Shown piece after piece: positions 21,342-31,785 of a stretch of 64,000 bases of DNA. Origin of the DNA: an uncultured Nitrososphaeraceae archaeon. GTDB lineage: Archaea > Thermoproteota > Nitrososphaeria > Nitrososphaerales > Nitrososphaeraceae. A program made the translations under genes and the position numbers. The DNA is taken from assembly GCA_963729045.1 (NCBI GenBank), contig CAVSMN010000009.1, positions 96,001 to 160,000 on the forward strand. Direction: 5' to 3'. Below the pieces are notes generated by a model. The model saw only the letters and a program-made list of their open reading frames with translations, was not told the origin of the DNA and made no database searches. How positions within the stretch are numbered: the stretch's first letter is position 1; the number at the start of each line of letters is the position of its first letter.

Positions 21342-22083
21342 CTATTTTATTTTGTAATCTGAAAGTCCATATGTTTTTAAAAGGTTATCTTCTTTAAGAA
21401 CATCTTGTGGATGACCTTCAGCAATTACATATTTATTAAAACAAATAACCCAAGGAGAACGATTAGCAATATGAGTTATATCATGAGTGGATAAAATTAC
21501 AGTCATTCCATTGTTGCTTAGTGTTTTTAATATATCAAATATTTTTTCTCTTGAAACATAATCTAGACCCGTTGTTGGCTCATCCAAAATAAGAACATCA
21601 GGGTTTCTAATCAATGCCCTGCCCAAAAAGACACGTTGTTGCTCTCCTCCAGAAAGTGCGCGAATGTGTCGTTTTTCGTAGCCACTTAATCCTAATATTT
21701 TTAAAGTATCTTTTATTTGATTTTTCAATTTTTTATCTATCCATGGAAGATAACTTTTGTAGTTCCATGATCCCATTGCTATGACCTCTTGTACAGAAAC
21801 TGGAAAATTCCAATCAATAGTTTCTATCTGTGGAACATATCCAACAGATAGGATAATAGAAAATGGAATCACAGTCATTACAAATGTACTCAATATCTCC
21901 ATTCCAAGGTTCGTAAATTCCACATATTAGTTTTAATAAAGTGGTTTTTCCAGATCCACTAGGACCTACAATAGAAACAAATCGACCTTTTGGTATAGAC
22001 AAATTAACTCCCTCGACTACAAAATCATGATAGGTAAATCCATAGGATACACCAGTTAATTTTAGATATTCAAAGGAGCCCAT
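21342..22083 (-). CDS. Metal ABC transporter ATPase (ZnuC/MntA family; frameshift at ~21860)
   Basis: GPSGSGKTT in ORF 21814-22098; [14 protein letters not shown] and [10 protein letters not shown] in ORF 21342-21923. Confidence 0.88.
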
Positions 22084-22130
22084 CTTAATGATAATCATTT
22101 GAGATGTTTATTAATATTTAATAAAAAAAT

Positions 22131-23150
22131 TTATGGTGTGTATGTATTCTCAGGATTTATGTTAGATAGGCTGCTAGTATTTCCCCCTAATGGGATTATC
22201 ATGTGCTCCATATTATCAAGCATCATTCCTACATACGTATGGTTAGGACTTGTTAAATCACCAGGAAGTGCATCATCTCTCAAGGTCTGTACTATATCTA
22301 CACCAGCTTCTTTAGCTATTTGATCAGTAATTTTATTTGAAAAGACCTCTGATGCAAAGATGGCAGGTACCTTTTCAGCCTTTATTTGATCAATCAATTT
22401 GGCTATATCAAGAGGAGATGGTTCTGAAAAATCTGATGGTTGCACAGCACCAATCACGGTCATGTTATACCTTGGTGCAAAATATGCCCAAGAATCATGA
22501 TAGGTTATCAATTTTCTATTTTCTGGCGGTACACTTTGTACGGCTGCTTTTATTCCTTCATCTAGCTGTTTTAGTAAAGCAATGTACTTTTCAGCGTTCT
22601 CTGTATAATAAGCAGTATTATTGGGATCCATCTCGATTAACTTATCTTTAGTTAAATTAGCAAACTTCATAGCATTTACCGGATTTAACCATAAATGAGG
22701 ATTAGGATGACCCTGTTCTTTAGGAAAACTGAAATCAAATATCCAACCTGTTGAATTAATAGTACCATCAGCAAGTTTTAACAACTGAATGTCTGGCTTG
22801 TTCTTAAGTGACTCATTTACAACTTTTTCCATATTGTCCTCTAGAAACAATCCGTTAATGATAACAAGATCTGCATTGCTTAATTTTACTATATCAGATG
22901 GAACGGGTTCAAAGGTATGTGAATTTACACCCTCGGGTACCAAACCAGTCAGGTTTATCTTGTCTCCGGCTATATTTTTAACAATATTAGTTATTGGAGA
23001 TACAGATGTAATGACGTTTAATGTTTTATTGGCTGCATAAACCGAATTCAGATTATTATCAATGCTTGTGGTGACCGCCAGCAAAGACAAAAGTATTGTA
23101 AATGTAGCTACAAACATTATTTTGGTGTTATTAAAAAAATTTTCTGACAT
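22131..23150 (-). CDS. Metal ABC transporter substrate-binding protein (cluster A-I, ZnuA/TroA-like)
   Basis: NSHTFEP, NPHLWLNP, TYHDSWAYFA; N-terminal hydrophobic signal. Confidence 0.92.
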   Translation of the reverse strand: MSENFFNNTKIMFVATFTILLSLLAVTTSIDNNLNSVYAANKTLNVITSVSPITNIVKNIAGDKINLTGLVPEGVNSHTFEPVPSDIVKLSNADLVIINGLFLEDNMEKVVNESLKNKPDIQLLKLADGTINSTGWIFDFSFPKEQGHPNPHLWLNPVNAMKFANLTKDKLIEMDPNNTAYYTENAEKYIALLKQLDEGIKAAVQSVPPENRKLITYHDSWAYFAPRYNMTVIGAVQPSDFSEPSPLDIAKLIDQIKAEKVPAIFASEVFSNKITDQIAKEAGVDIVQTLRDDALPGDLTSPNHTYVGMMLDNMEHMIIPLGGNTSSLSNINPENTYTP

Positions 23151-23249
23151 TCTGAATCATTATAAATGATTTTATTAATTTTTTTAATAGCGAGTTATTG
23201 GTTTTGGGCCAAAAAATGCATTTATAGTAGTATAGAGGGCCTGCTTAGG

Positions 23250-24194
23250 TCATATCTTTCTCATTTTGCTAAATGAAACATTTAGAACATTTTTTCTTAC
23301 TATTCTAACTATAGAATAAATAATGTCACGAATATCATAAACAAATGAGCCTAACAACCGGATCAATAAACCATTTTCACCGGGCAATTTTGTACATCCA
23401 CCAATAGCTTCTTTTGTTCCAGACAAAATTTCTAGTATTTCATTTTGTATGATGTTTACTTTATCCTTAGGGGTTAGAATATAAACACTCCCCAGTATTT
23501 CATAATTATTTAATATTCCAAAAGATTGTATACTTTCCACCTTGGGTTCTATTTTTGCTACATCAATTAGTCTTAATTTATCATCTTGATTTACTGACTT
23601 GACTTTCATATAGCATATATCGTATTCAAAAGATTCATTGCTAGCAACCCTACCAGGTGTTAATATTTCAGAATAAATACAGGTAGCTTCATCATGAACC
23701 TTAATATTTGAAACTTGATAAAATCTAGAATCTCTAAATGGTATTATTTGATCAGGTATATATTCTAAGTAACAATCTTTATCAACATTCAAATTTATTA
23801 TTTGAGATCCAAAGTTTTTATTCATCCTGTATATTCTAGTAGCACTTTGGGTAGTAACATGGGACTTGGCTGAATTAGTAAGTGTAATGTCAATTCTATA
23901 CCTATCACCTTGTAAAATGCCTCCAGATGGAGAAATAATATAAACATAAGCCATCTCGGGAAATGTCTCTTCAAGATAAAGGGCACGTTTTATGCACAAA
24001 GGAACCTTGTAATATTGGTGTTTTATGGATGTTTTATGACTATCTGGATTATGTTCTAGACCAAGTTCTAAAATACCTAATTTACCTGATTGTCCTACTG
24101 CCAATTGTTCCAATGGATTATCGTAATTTAAAATTTCATCAGGAATATTTTCAGGAGTACAATAAGAAAGATTATACAAACTCATTGAAATCAA
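23250..24194 (-). CDS. ureD: Urease accessory protein UreD
   Basis: SPSGGILQGD, TTQSATRIYRM, LEYIPDQIIPF, PGRVASNESF. Confidence 0.95.
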   Translation of the reverse strand: MISMSLYNLSYCTPENIPDEILNYDNPLEQLAVGQSGKLGILELGLEHNPDSHKTSIKHQYYKVPLCIKRALYLEETFPEMAYVYIISPSGGILQGDRYRIDITLTNSAKSHVTTQSATRIYRMNKNFGSQIINLNVDKDCYLEYIPDQIIPFRDSRFYQVSNIKVHDEATCIYSEILTPGRVASNESFEYDICYMKVKSVNQDDKLRLIDVAKIEPKVESIQSFGILNNYEILGSVYILTPKDKVNIIQNEILEILSGTKEAIGGCTKLPGENGLLIRLLGSFVYDIRDIIYSIVRIVRKNVLNVSFSKMRKI

Positions 24195-24201
24195 TAAAAG
24201 A

Positions 24202-24858
24202 TTAATTGATGGCTACCGATTTAGGAGGTGCATCAAATAATACGTTCTTTACGATTTGTTCTGCCACGGTTTTAACACCCTGACCTGTTTTGCTGTTAAC
24301 AAAAACATATGGTTTATCATTTCGAACAATTTTGGCGTCTCGCTCCATGATGCTTAGGTCGGCACCTATGAAAGAGGCAATATCTATCTTGTTGATTACC
24401 AATAAATCAGACGTTTCGATTCCAAGTCCACGCTTTCTTGGATATTTATCCCCTCCAGAAACATCGATAATATAAATAAAATAGTCGGCCAACGCAGGAC
24501 TAAAGGTGGTTGTAATGTTATCGCCCCCACTTTCAATAATTATCAAATCAAGATTGGGGTGCTTGGATTCCATCTCCTCTACAACAGATATATTAATTGA
24601 AGGATCTTCTCTCACTGCAGTATGAGGGCAGCCTCCTGTAGCAATGCCTATTACTAGATCCTCTGGCATTAACCCTTTTTCGGTGGCAAGGTTTTTTCTC
24701 ATTCTATCGGCATCTTCTCTAGAAACAACATCGTTAGAAATAATTCCAACGTTATATCCATCATTCTTTAAAATAGGAACTAATTGTTCGATTAACATGG
24801 TTTTTCCTGATCCAACAGGTCCGCCTATGCCTATACGTGGAATTCTTGAAAGTGCCAC
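24202..24858 (-). CDS. ureG: Urease accessory GTPase UreG
   Basis: GGPVGSGKT, TGGCPHTAVRED, ESGGDN, NKID; probable GTG start at 24858. Confidence 0.96.
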   Translation of the reverse strand: MALSRIPRIGIGGPVGSGKTMLIEQLVPILKNDGYNVGIISNDVVSREDADRMRKNLATEKGLMPEDLVIGIATGGCPHTAVREDPSINISVVEEMESKHPNLDLIIIESGGDNITTTFSPALADYFIYIIDVSGGDKYPRKRGLGIETSDLLVINKIDIASFIGADLSIMERDAKIVRNDKPYVFVNSKTGQGVKTVAEQIVKNVLFDAPPKSVAIN

Positions 24859-24877
24859 AAAAAAATAAAGGAAAAAA

Positions 24878-25600
24878 TCAAGTAATAAACATTTTTGAAT
24901 CCATCTGTTCATGATGCATTTGAATTATATCAAGTTGAGGAATAAATTGCCACATACTATCAAGAGGTCTATTGATATTTTTTTTCACCGTTGATAGAAT
25001 CACTGGTTTCATCTCATCTATAAGCATCTGCCCTTCAATATGCTGAAGAATACCCAATCTAAGGGCAGCTCCAATTACACTGACAACAAACCCATATAGC
25101 AACATCAAACCAGATCGCTCTTTAGTTATTTTCATAGAATTGCATCCCAAGGCGTATGATAAAGGATAAACTCCCTTTGCATGACCGCTCTTAATATTTT
25201 TTGAATAGAAATCCAAATATTCATCATTATGAATAAATGCAGAAACACATCTTAGGAACTGGATTCCTGATCTTGTTGAGGCCGAACGAGTTTCATCTAC
25301 CAATCTCATAAAATAATATGTATTATCCAATTCTAATAACGACATAAAGTCTTTCTTTTGAATACAATTATACACATTACCTACAACACAGCAATCAGTA
25401 GGTCCTATTTGCTGTACAAGGTAGGCTTTGATGAAATCCGAAATCTCACCGTATGTTAGCTTTCTGTTTTTATCATAAAACAATAATTCCAGGCCATTTG
25501 AAGTAGTGTACAAACCGGTTGGAAAAAAAGAATCAGATAATTGTAAAAAACTTAAATCCGCAATGGATGGTATTGATTCGATATCCTTATCAGTGTGCAT
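24878..25600 (-). CDS. ureF: Urease accessory protein UreF
   Basis: LQLSDSFFPTGLYTTSNGLE; C-terminal HEQMDSKMFIT. Confidence 0.95.
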   Translation of the reverse strand: MHTDKDIESIPSIADLSFLQLSDSFFPTGLYTTSNGLELLFYDKNRKLTYGEISDFIKAYLVQQIGPTDCCVVGNVYNCIQKKDFMSLLELDNTYYFMRLVDETRSASTRSGIQFLRCVSAFIHNDEYLDFYSKNIKSGHAKGVYPLSYALGCNSMKITKERSGLMLLYGFVVSVIGAALRLGILQHIEGQMLIDEMKPVILSTVKKNINRPLDSMWQFIPQLDIIQMHHEQMDSKMFIT

Positions 25601-26186
25601 GAATATCAAATCCCTGATCAGGTTCAAAAATGAGTTGCTCTGAGCGAATTTCTATATAGTCTTTTAAATCTGACAACAATCTCAAGAATAGATTTATTTC
25701 ATCGGGACTTTGAATAGGAAAAATTATATCACGATTTTCGATTTTTAATGGCCTATGTAAGTTTCCAATAGTATGTCCTACTTTTATTGCCACGTTAGTG
25801 AGTTCATCATCGTTGGCTTGTCATGCTCATGCTTATGTGTCATGGTCATGGTCATGCTTGTGTTCATGGTCATGGTCATGGTCATGATTATTGTGTAAAT
25901 GGTTTTTAATATTCAAGATAGCCACAAGCTCAGGAGATAATTTTATGACTATCATTTTAGTATCATCAAGAAAAACTACATCACCGTCTCTAAGATGGGT
26001 TCTAGAAGGCAAAATAAATCCGATATCAGTTTCTTTGTCTGAAACCTTTCTCATTCTAACCTTCTCGGTTTCAGATCTCTGAATTACTACATTCTCGACG
26101 GTATTTTTTTTAACCGACTCTTCATATTTTTGATGTAATTGTGGATCTTTCTTTATGTTTCCTATAACAGTTGTAATGGTTAACAT
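25590..26186 (-). CDS. ureE: Urease nickel chaperone UreE (two compensating 1-nt indels at ~25815-25840)
   Basis: LRDGDV in the N-domain and GHTIGNLHRP in the C-domain; both ORF pieces lie in the same frame, separated by a His-rich insert. Confidence 0.85.
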
Positions 26187-26307
26187 CAGATATCATATAG
26201 AGGTTAATCTTATCCATAAAAACAATTTCAAAATTTTAATCTTATTTTGAGCCAAGCTAAGATATTCGTCAAAACTATTTTCTGAGTAAACAGAAATAAC
26301 TAGAAAT

Positions 26308-26727
26308 TTATGTTTTATTATCTCTACTGACGTTGTTATCAAGACTTTCTAGATTATTTGTGTTGTTTTTTGGATCGAGATCTGGATTTGGATTCCTTAT
26401 TTTGTTCACAGCGGTTATCATATTTTGTAAATTTTGAGTATAATCATACTTTCCGTAGTGTTTATACTTGCTAGGATCTAATTCGGCAAATACTAGTCCT
26501 CCATCAGATATTTCAATTTTTGAACCAACCTCAAATTTTTGAGCTACCACACATTGTCTTACCAAGTGATAAGGATAATCAAGATTGAGGTGAGATTTTG
26601 GATCTATCAAACCTGAAATCGAAGACAATTTTCCAAATTTGACAATTACATGTCTAATTTGCAAAGGGTCGATGATTAACATAGAATCATCAATATTAGA
26701 TTTTTCAGTACAATGTCTAATTTGCAA
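26308..26727 (-). CDS. Hypothetical protein in urease cluster
   Basis: 139-aa ORF starting 6 nt after the chaperonin stop. Confidence 0.75.
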   Translation of the reverse strand: MQIRHCTEKSNIDDSMLIIDPLQIRHVIVKFGKLSSISGLIDPKSHLNLDYPYHLVRQCVVAQKFEVGSKIEISDGGLVFAELDPSKYKHYGKYDYTQNLQNMITAVNKIRNPNPDLDPKNNTNNLESLDNNVSRDNKT

Positions 26728-26733
26728 TAGTAA

Positions 26734-28293
26734 TCACCTTTTTGAATCAGCAAGTGCTTGAGGATTGAGGTCGTCTGCAGCTAAATTCTTATCAATCCTT
26801 AAAACAGATTTGGCCATTTCGCCTGATGCTTCCAATGCCATTGTTTTTACTAAAACTGGATCTAAAACGCCTTTAGAAACCATATTTACAATTTCACCAC
26901 TGTCGATATCAACTCCATAGCCATCCGGGGAAGCTTTAGCATTCATTACTTTTTCTAAACCGTTAAATCCGGCATTTGTTAATATTTGTCTCATAATACT
27001 TTCGAGTGCAGATGTTACCACTTCTAGGCCTACTTGCTCCAATCCACTGAGTTTGAGTTTTTTGATTTTTTCAATAATATGCAATTCGGCAGCACCACCA
27101 CCTGGAACAATTCCGTAATTTAATGCAGCTTCTGCAGCATTGATTCCATCAATTGTTGATCTCCATCTCTCTAACGATGTTTCCTTTGTAGAACCTGATA
27201 TCAGCACAGTGATGATCTTCTTTCCTCTGCCATTTTCCAAATATATTATACCGTTATCCTCATCCTCGTATATTTTCTCAGAAACACCAAGGATATCTTT
27301 ATTTTTTAGATCATCTAGTGTTCGCACTGGTTTTGCGCCCGTATATCTTGACAAATATTCTATTTCTTCATTTGAAATGTGGACCGCAAATAATCCCTTT
27401 GATACAAAAAGATCTTCGACTATTTGATCCACTTCAGGTGAAGCTATAAAAAGAGTATTTGCTCCCGTTTCAACTATGGTATCAACAATTTTTTTTGATT
27501 TTTCCAAACGATCTTTTTCCATAGTAAGAATATCTTGATATTTGCTATTTTCTTTGATCCATGACTCTTTTACGGGTTTTAAATCCAATCTCAAAATTAG
27601 AATTTTCGAATTTTCAACTTTGCTGGGAAGTTCTGGATCGATTCTTTTTCTTTCCAAAACAATGCCATTAAAAATTTTATCCTCAATATCTACTCTTCTT
27701 ATAACCTGTACTGCCTTATCAAAATCATATAATCCGTTGTAAATTGCATCTTTTCCTACAGTACGTAACGCATTAACTACCAACGTATGCAATACTCGAC
27801 CATCCAATTTTGATGACAAGCTCGTTTTTACGATTTGATCGAGTTCAGGAGCATCAAGGTTGATCTTTATGGCACTTTTTTTTAGCAATTCGCAAGAATG
27901 TTTTATACCACTTTCAATGCCTTCAACGACCTTAGTAGGATGCACCGCAAGTTCACGAATTAATCTTTTACCTTCTTTGATCATCTCAGCTGCCAAAATT
28001 ACAGCCGTTGTTGTTCCATCGCCTACTTTTTGCTCCTGTCTTTCTGCAATTTCTACTATCATTCTTGCGACAGGATGAATTGCTCTCAATGAAAGTAATA
28101 TGGTAACACCATCATTAGATACATGTCTATTCATTGATTGATCGATCAAAAGTTTATCCAGGCCTTTTGGTCCTAGGGTGGTTCTCACCGTTTCAGCTAC
28201 GGCCATTACCGCGTTTGAATTAGACTCTAAAGCATTGAATTCAATATTTTCAGCAATTGGTTTCCAAACTCCAAAATTTTGTGGTGAAGACAT
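26734..28293 (-). CDS. Divergent group II (thermosome-like) chaperonin
   Basis: TTLGPKGLDK, NDGVTIL, GDGTTT, VPGGGAAE, GVLDP, VLRID. Confidence 0.93.
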   Translation of the reverse strand: MSSPQNFGVWKPIAENIEFNALESNSNAVMAVAETVRTTLGPKGLDKLLIDQSMNRHVSNDGVTILLSLRAIHPVARMIVEIAERQEQKVGDGTTTAVILAAEMIKEGKRLIRELAVHPTKVVEGIESGIKHSCELLKKSAIKINLDAPELDQIVKTSLSSKLDGRVLHTLVVNALRTVGKDAIYNGLYDFDKAVQVIRRVDIEDKIFNGIVLERKRIDPELPSKVENSKILILRLDLKPVKESWIKENSKYQDILTMEKDRLEKSKKIVDTIVETGANTLFIASPEVDQIVEDLFVSKGLFAVHISNEEIEYLSRYTGAKPVRTLDDLKNKDILGVSEKIYEDEDNGIIYLENGRGKKIITVLISGSTKETSLERWRSTIDGINAAEAALNYGIVPGGGAAELHIIEKIKKLKLSGLEQVGLEVVTSALESIMRQILTNAGFNGLEKVMNAKASPDGYGVDIDSGEIVNMVSKGVLDPVLVKTMALEASGEMAKSVLRIDKNLAADDLNPQALADSKR

Positions 28294-28413
28294 ATTTTCT
28301 AAAATTAAAGACCAAGAGATAAATGTATCAGAAATATTAATGCTGAATAGAAATTAAAGCAAGATAAACTTTAGAAAGAAAAAAAGATAGTTGGAAGTGG
28401 TTGGGAAGAACCC

Positions 28414-30141
28414 TTATGCCATAAAGTATCTTTGTGCTAAAGTTAGTTCCTTTGCTGGATCAACAGTAGCGATCTGCCCGTCAATCTTTACTTCATATGT
28501 TTCATGATCTACAGTAATTTCTGGTGTTTTATCATTCCACAGCATGTCTTTCTTTCCTATACTTCTGCAGTTTTTAACAGCCAATGTAGTTTTTTCTAAT
28601 CCTAGTTTCTGAGGAACGCCAAGCTCTAATGATTTTTTTGACATGAAAGTAAAAGAAGTCTTCTTTACAGCACGCCCCATTGCACCAAACATTGGTCTAT
28701 AAAAGACCGGTTCTGGTGTTGGCAAAGAAGCATTTGGATCACCCATTATAGACCAAGCAATAAATCCACCTTTAAAGACCATTTTTGGCTTTGCAGCAAA
28801 GAAAGCATTGTTGTACATGACTATATCAGCATACTTTCCTACTTCAAGGGATCCCAGATAGTCTGCGACACCATGAGTTATGGCAGGATTAATGGTTGTT
28901 TTTGCAATATAGCGCTTTGCTCTTAAATTGTCGTTGTCTCCTTCCTCATCTTTTAGTTTTCCTTTCATTTTTTTCATTTTGTCGGCAGTTTGCCATGCAC
29001 GAATTACAACCTCTCCAATTCTACCCATAGCTTGACTGTCTGATGAATACATACTAAGAACTCCCTCATCATGCATTACATCCTCGGCTGCTATTGTTTC
29101 GGCTCTAATTCTAGAGTCTGCAAAAGCGACATCTTCTGCAACACCAGGGTTAAGATGGTGACAAAACATGAGCATATCAAGGTGTTCATCAATAGTATTG
29201 ACAGTAAATGGTCTTGTAGGATTGGTTGAGGAAGGTAAAACGTTTTGTTCTGCTGCGATGGCAAGTATATCTGGAGCGTGACCACCACCTGCTCCTTCTG
29301 TATGATAGCTGTGGACAACTCTTCCGTCGATGGCATTAACGGTATCCTCTAAATAAGCACATTCATTTATGGAATCAGTGTGTATTGCAACTTGAACATC
29401 AGTTAAATCAGCCGCACGAAGTGATGCATCCAAAACAGCAGGAGTAGTTCCCCAATCTTCATGATCTTTTAGTCCACAAACACCGGCTTCGATTTGTTCC
29501 ATTTGGGTGGCTAACGATGGATGAGAATCATTGCCTTTGCCTAAAAATCCATAATTCATTGGAATGTCCTCTACGGATTCTAACATCCTACTAATGTTAA
29601 ATGTACCTGGAGTACATGTGGTAGCATTAGTACCATCTGCAGGACCAGTACCACCACCTATCATGTTACATATACCATTACTGATTCCATCTATGTACTG
29701 CTGAGGAGAAATCATGTGAATGTGGGTATCAAAATGTCCTGGAGTACAGATTGTATGCTCACCAGCCGTTGCCTCAGTACATGCAGATACGATTAGGTTT
29801 CTATCAACACCATCCATTACTAATGGATTTCCGGCTTTTCCGATACCTGCAATTTTACCATCTTTAATACCTATATCACCCTTCACTATCCCAATCACAG
29901 GATCAAGCACTACAGCATTCGTGATAACATAGTCCAAAGCACCGCCTGCACTGGTAACACCAGGTGTTTGAGCTAGACCATCTCGAAGTGTTTTTCCTCC
30001 TCCAAATACACATTCATCTCCATGGGATATGAGATCCTTTTCAATCTCAATTAAGAGATCTGTATCACCTAAACGAATCTTGTCGCCTGTAGTTGGACCA
30101 AAATGATCAGTATATTGTTTTTTTGTTACTTTTAAGACCAA
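28414..30141 (-). CDS. ureC: Urease alpha subunit
   Basis: [52 protein letters not shown]. Confidence 0.99.
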   Translation of the reverse strand: MVLKVTKKQYTDHFGPTTGDKIRLGDTDLLIEIEKDLISHGDECVFGGGKTLRDGLAQTPGVTSAGGALDYVITNAVVLDPVIGIVKGDIGIKDGKIAGIGKAGNPLVMDGVDRNLIVSACTEATAGEHTICTPGHFDTHIHMISPQQYIDGISNGICNMIGGGTGPADGTNATTCTPGTFNISRMLESVEDIPMNYGFLGKGNDSHPSLATQMEQIEAGVCGLKDHEDWGTTPAVLDASLRAADLTDVQVAIHTDSINECAYLEDTVNAIDGRVVHSYHTEGAGGGHAPDILAIAAEQNVLPSSTNPTRPFTVNTIDEHLDMLMFCHHLNPGVAEDVAFADSRIRAETIAAEDVMHDEGVLSMYSSDSQAMGRIGEVVIRAWQTADKMKKMKGKLKDEEGDNDNLRAKRYIAKTTINPAITHGVADYLGSLEVGKYADIVMYNNAFFAAKPKMVFKGGFIAWSIMGDPNASLPTPEPVFYRPMFGAMGRAVKKTSFTFMSKKSLELGVPQKLGLEKTTLAVKNCRSIGKKDMLWNDKTPEITVDHETYEVKIDGQIATVDPAKELTLAQRYFMA

Positions 30142-30153
30142 TAATATCCTCTC

Positions 30154-30528
30154 CTAATTACCCATTCCTTTAAAACCAAAGAATTTGGCTTTTTCAATTG
30201 CGGATTTCTTTATATTTGATGACTTCATACTTCCATTTGTTAGACCATTAAATCCAAAGCAAACTTTTGAACCCCCTAATTCACACAATTCAACTTCCTT
30301 TGTGTCACCTGGTTCAAATCTTACTGAGGTGCCAGCTGTTATATTTAATCGATAACCAAATGCTTGCTCTCTTGGAAAATCAAGAACTTTGTTGATTTCA
30401 AAGAAGTGTGTATGAGATCCTATTTGACATGGCCTGTCACCAGTATGTTTTACAGTAATCTTTATGGTTTTTCTGTTTTCGTTGCAAAGTACATCGCCTT
30501 CAGATAAAATATATTCTCCTGGAATCAT
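30154..30528 (-). CDS. ureB: Urease beta subunit
   Basis: MIPGE, GDRPCQIGSHTHFFE, GTSVRFEPG. Confidence 0.98.
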   Translation of the reverse strand: MIPGEYILSEGDVLCNENRKTIKITVKHTGDRPCQIGSHTHFFEINKVLDFPREQAFGYRLNITAGTSVRFEPGDTKEVELCELGGSKVCFGFNGLTNGSMKSSNIKKSAIEKAKFFGFKGMGN

Positions 30529-30592
30529 TATAAATTAAAACCTCCGTTTAAATTCAATTTAGAAATAATTTTAATTGTCATTCATAACTCAC

Positions 30593-30895
30593 CTATTGAA
30601 CTGGATCATGAACGGTAACTAATTTTGTCCCGTCTGGAAATGTAACTTCCACCTGTACTGTATGTATCATCTCAGGCACTCCCTCCATAACATCCGCTCG
30701 TTTTAAAATATTTCTTGCAGACGTCATTAATTCTGCGACTGATTTTCCTTCTCGTGCTCCTTCTACAACAAAATTGGCTATATAAGCAATTGATTCAGGA
30801 TAATTTAGTTTTACTCCTTTCTGTTTTCTTCCCTCGGCAATTTGTGCTGCCGTCCATATCATCATTTTTTCAATCTCTCTTGGGGCTAACATCAT
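30593..30895 (-). CDS. ureA: Urease gamma subunit
   Basis: [23 protein letters not shown]. Confidence 0.98.
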   Translation of the reverse strand: MMLAPREIEKMMIWTAAQIAEGRKQKGVKLNYPESIAYIANFVVEGAREGKSVAELMTSARNILKRADVMEGVPEMIHTVQVEVTFPDGTKLVTVHDPVQ

Positions 30896-30981
30896 GTTTA
30901 ATTCACATATAACAAACCTAGTGAGTTATTTTAAAATTCAAAATAATAATCAATATATATGAACAATTACAATTATCAAAT

Positions 30982-31003
30982 ATTTAGTCGATGTCGACTA
31001 AAT
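30982..31003. promoter_or_regulatory. Perfect 10-2-10 inverted repeat upstream of ureA (operator or terminator hairpin)
   Basis: ATTTAGTCGA-TG-TCGACTAAAT. Confidence 0.5.
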
Positions 31004-31012
31004 CGGATGTCA

Positions 31013-31614
31013 TTAGTCAGAAATTTTAACAGGTAAACACATCTTTAACCAATAGAATGTTTTGTCGTAGGGACCATTTTTTCCAGTCGGGAGTCTGAAT
31101 TCATATTTTTCTTTCATTGTATGAATGACAAGTACATTTTCATTTATAGCAGTGCCAAGCATATTAGAAATCAAAGTTCTGGTATCAGGGTAAAATACCA
31201 TTTTTTTTATATCCGGGTATTTGATAGAAACTTCGTTAGACGTGTCCGCTGCTCCTGCTCCCTGCTGTCTACTGAATCGTGTTCTTTAGAAATAAATGAA
31301 TCCTTTATCTTAATATCAGAGTATTCTATTTTTTCAGACAGAACATAATAAAGATACGGTCCAATTCCAGCAACAAAACCCGGATCTGTCAGTTTTCGTA
31401 ACACATTTTTTTTAACCATGATAATTCTAGTAGGGGTAAATGTAAGAAGATAATCAATCTTCATGGGTTTGCTTTTAATATAACCCGAAAGCCTCAACAC
31501 AATAGGTTCAATATTTTGAGCAAGCATTAAATCATAAAACTTCTTAATTTTTTGACTATCTGACATTTTTGAATCAGATTTGATTTTTTTCAGATTTATC
31601 TCAAGCTCGGACAC
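31013..31614 (-). CDS. Hypothetical protein (frameshift at ~31260)
   Basis: ORFs 31207-31614 and 31013-31201 join through AGAADTSNEVSIKYPDIKKMVFYP in the second frame. Confidence 0.7.
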
Positions 31615-31785
31615 TACAGTAGTAAGATAAAAGATGTAAAATATTACTTTAATTGAATGATTTTAAAATAACAATTAGGTCAAGGCAGGAAAATTCAAGA
31701 ACAGATAGAACAAAAGAAAATGAAAAATTAATGGCGCTGCTGATCGGTTGGTGGGTTGGTTGGGTTAGTCTTGAATAAAACTAGA

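Noticed and set aside
25815..25840. Stop-codon readthrough or selenocysteine in ureE (TAA, TGA, TGA)
   Set aside because: Shifting one base restores CAT-AAG-CAT-GAG-CAT-GAC His repeats; a paired indel explains it
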